From Camelus dromedarius (taxonomy: Eukaryota): a DNA stretch of 64,000 nt. Below are positions 61,571 through 64,000 of this stretch, piece by piece. Each line of letters opens with the position of its first letter. Position 1 is the first letter of the stretch. The DNA lies in NCBI RefSeq assembly GCF_036321535.1, contig NC_087436.1:2356001-2420000 (forward strand), written 5' to 3'. The translations under genes were made by a program, and so were the position numbers. The notes under the pieces are model-generated. The model did not search any database, was not told where the DNA came from, and saw nothing but the letters and a program-made list of their open reading frames with translations.

Positions 61571-64000
61571 GTTGCCGGTTTGAAGTACCTGCAGTTTTCA
61601 CTGTAAAACCGAGTTGGAGCTAGTACGTCCCCATATATATGTATGGAGTGGGGTTTGCAACTGAAAGGAACTTTGTGTTCCCAAGAAGCTTGGTGAAGTA
61701 CGGCTTTCACACACACTTATCTCTCAGAACTGAGCATGTGGAGAGACGTTCGTTCATCTAGCACAAAGGGAACGGGTTGCAGGAAAAACTTTTACTCTGG
61801 TTTCTCAGTCTGTTTGTTAGTGCCGGTTTGAAGTTCCTGCATTTTTCACTGTAAAACCGAGTTGGAGCTAGTACCTCCCCATATATATGTATGGATTGGA
61901 GTTTGCAAGTGAAAAGAATCTTTGTGTTCCCAACAAGCTAGGTTAAGGACGACATTCACACACACTTATCTCTCAGAACTGAGCATTTTGAGAGTCGTTC
62001 TTTCATCTAGCACAAAGGGAATGGGTTGCAGGAGAAACTTTTACTCTGTTTTCTCAGTCTGTTTCCTATTGCCGGTTTGAAGTTCCTGCAGTTTTCACTG
62101 TAAAACCGAGTTGGAGCTGGTACCTCCCTATATATATGTATGGAATGGAGTTTGCAACTGAAAAGAAACTTTGTGCTCCCAACAAGCTAGTTGAAGGACG
62201 GTTTTCACACACACTTATCTCTCAGAACTGAGCATGTGGAGAGACGTTCGTTCATCAAGCACAAAGGGAACGGGTTGCAGGAGAAACTTATACTCTGGTT
62301 TCTCAGTCTGATTCCTCTTGCCGGTTGAAGTTCCTGCAGTTTTCACTGTAAAACCGAGTTGGAGCTAGCACTTCCCCATATATATATATATGGAGTGGAG
62401 CTTGCAACTGAAAAGAAACTTTGTGTTCCCAACAAGCTAGGTGAAGGACGGCTTTCACACACACTTATCTCTCAGAACTGAGCATGTTGAGAGACGTTCG
62501 TTCATCTAGCACAAAAGGAACGGGTTGCATTAGAAACTTTTACTCTGATTTCTCAGTCTGTTTCCTAGTGCCGGTTTGAAGTTCCTGCAGTTTTCACTGT
62601 AAAACCGAGTTGGAGCTAGTACATCCCTATATATATATATGGACTGGAGTTTGCAACTGAAAGTAACATTGTGTTCCCAAGAAGCTAGGTGAAGGACGGC
62701 TTTAACACACACTTATCTCTCAGAACTGAGCATGTGGAGAGTCGTTCTTTCATCTAGCACAAAGGGAATGGGTTGCAGGAGAAACTTTTTCTCTGGATTC
62801 TCAGTCTGTTTCCTGTTGCCGGTATAAAGATCCTGCAGTTTTCACTGTAAAACCGAGTTGGAGCTTGTATCTCCCCATATATATGTATGGAGTGGAGTTT
62901 GCAACTGAAAGGAACTTTGTGTTCCCAAGAAGCTAGGTGAAGGACGGCTTTCACACACACTTATCTCTCAGAAATGAGCATGTGGAGAGACGTTCGTTCA
63001 TCTAGCACAAAGGGAACGGTTTGCAGAAGAAACTTTTACTCTTTTCTCAGTCTGTTTCCTGTTGCCGGTTTGAAGTTTCTGCAGTTTTCACTGTACAACC
63101 GAGTTGGTGCTTGTACCTCCCCATATATATGTATGGAGTGGAGTTTCAAGTGAAAAGAAACTTTGTGTTCCCAAGAGGCTAGGTGAAGGACGGCTTTCAA
63201 ACACACTTATCTCTCAGAACTGAGCATGTGTAGAGAGCTTCGTTCATCTAGCACAAAGGGAAAGGTTTGCAGGAGAAACTATTCTTTGTTTTCTCATTCT
63301 GTTTCCTAGTGCCGGTTTGAAGTTCCTGCAGTTTTCACTGTAAAACCGAGTTGGAGCTAGTACCTCCCCATATATATGTATGGAGTGGAGTTTGCAACTG
63401 AAAAGATACTTTGTGTTCCCAACAAGCTAGGTGAAGGACGGCTTCACACACACTTATCTCACAGAACTGAGCATGTGGAGAGACGTTCGTTCATCTAGCA
63501 AAAAAGGGAACCGGTTGCAGGAGAAATATTTACTCTGGTTTCTCAGTCTGTTTCCTAGTGCCGGTTTGAAGTTCCTGCAGTTTCCACTGTAAAACATAGT
63601 TGGAGCTTGTACCTCCCCATATATATATATGGAGTGGAGTTTGCAAGTGAAAAGAAACTTTGTGTTCCCAACAAGCTAGGTGAAGGACGGCTTTCAAACA
63701 CACTTATCTCTCAGAACTGAGCATGTGGAGAGAAGTTCGTTCATCTAGCAAAAAGGGAACGGGTTGCAGGAGAAACTTTACTCTGGTTTCTAAGTCTGTT
63801 TCCTAGTGCCAGTTTGAAGTTCCTGCAGTTTTCACTGTAAAACCGAGTTGGAGCTGTAACTCCCCATATATAGGTATAGAGTTTAGTATGCAAGTGTAAA
63901 GAAACTTTGTGTTCCCAACAAGCTACGTGAAGGACGGCTTTCACACAAAATTATCTCTCAGAACTCAGCATGTGGAGAGACGTTCGTTCATCTAGTGCAA

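Larger units (their letters stand above)
1..64000. repeat. Tandem satellite DNA array, ~248-249 bp monomer, ~258 copies, single orientation, open at both window ends (likely centromeric/pericentromeric satellite of a eukaryote)
   Basis: The approximate consensus TTACTCTGGTTTCTCAGTCTGTTTCCTAGTGCCGGTTTGAAGTTCCTGCAGTTTTCACTGTAAAACCGAGTTGGAGCTAGTACCTCCCCATATATATGTATGGAGTGGAGTTTGCAAGTGAAAAGAAACTTTGTGTTCCCAACAAGCTAGGTGAAGGACGGCTTTCACACACACTTATCTCTCAGAACTGAGCATGTGGAGAGACGTTCGTTCATCTAGCACAAAGGGAACGGGTTGCAGGAGAAACTT recurs from first to last base (e.g. GTTCCC at 2864 and 3113, 249 bp apart). Spacings between recurring ORFs are multiples of ~248. The centromeric assignment is inference only. Confidence 0.98.

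Noticed and set aside
100..63944. The 60-85 aa ORFs on both strands (MCVKA..., MKDGF..., MYGLE...) as a peptide gene family
   Set aside because: They are translations of the satellite monomer in several frames, opened or closed by single variants and frameshifts. They show no recognisable domain and no frame conservation.
1..64000. CRISPR array or other repeat-spacer or cassette system
   Set aside because: There are no unique spacers: the whole unit is repeated with point variants. There are no cas, integrase or reverse-transcriptase genes.
1..64000. Transposon insertion, inversion, telomeric repeat or unique island within the array
   Set aside because: Reading through, monomer register and orientation are continuous and I found no non-satellite segment.

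Overview
The whole 64 kb is one uninterrupted, head-to-tail tandem satellite array of about 258 monomers. Each monomer is about 248-249 bp (about 44% GC in one monomer I counted by hand), and all lie in the same orientation. I see no gene, RNA gene, transposon insertion, inversion or CRISPR array; every listed ORF is a by-product of the repeat. The organisation is that of eukaryotic centromeric or pericentromeric satellite DNA, but I cannot name the family or species from memory. Tracking diagnostic variants shows a mosaic of local higher-order repeats (HORs) whose periods are whole numbers of monomers: 17 (6+11), 6, 12 (11+1), 9, 2, 14 (11+3), a decaying 17/16/15, 8, and a triplicated 16-mer laid over an older 12-mer. 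Their junctions are in-register chimeric monomers, and the variant repertoire changes at about 32.3 kb. The monomer has hidden structure. It appears to be an ancient dimer of about 125 bp halves, and it is almost fully tiled by three consecutive imperfect inverted repeats. A recurrent two-base variant improves one of these hairpins. There is no canonical CENP-B box. Block boundaries were read by eye and are approximate to tens of bp.
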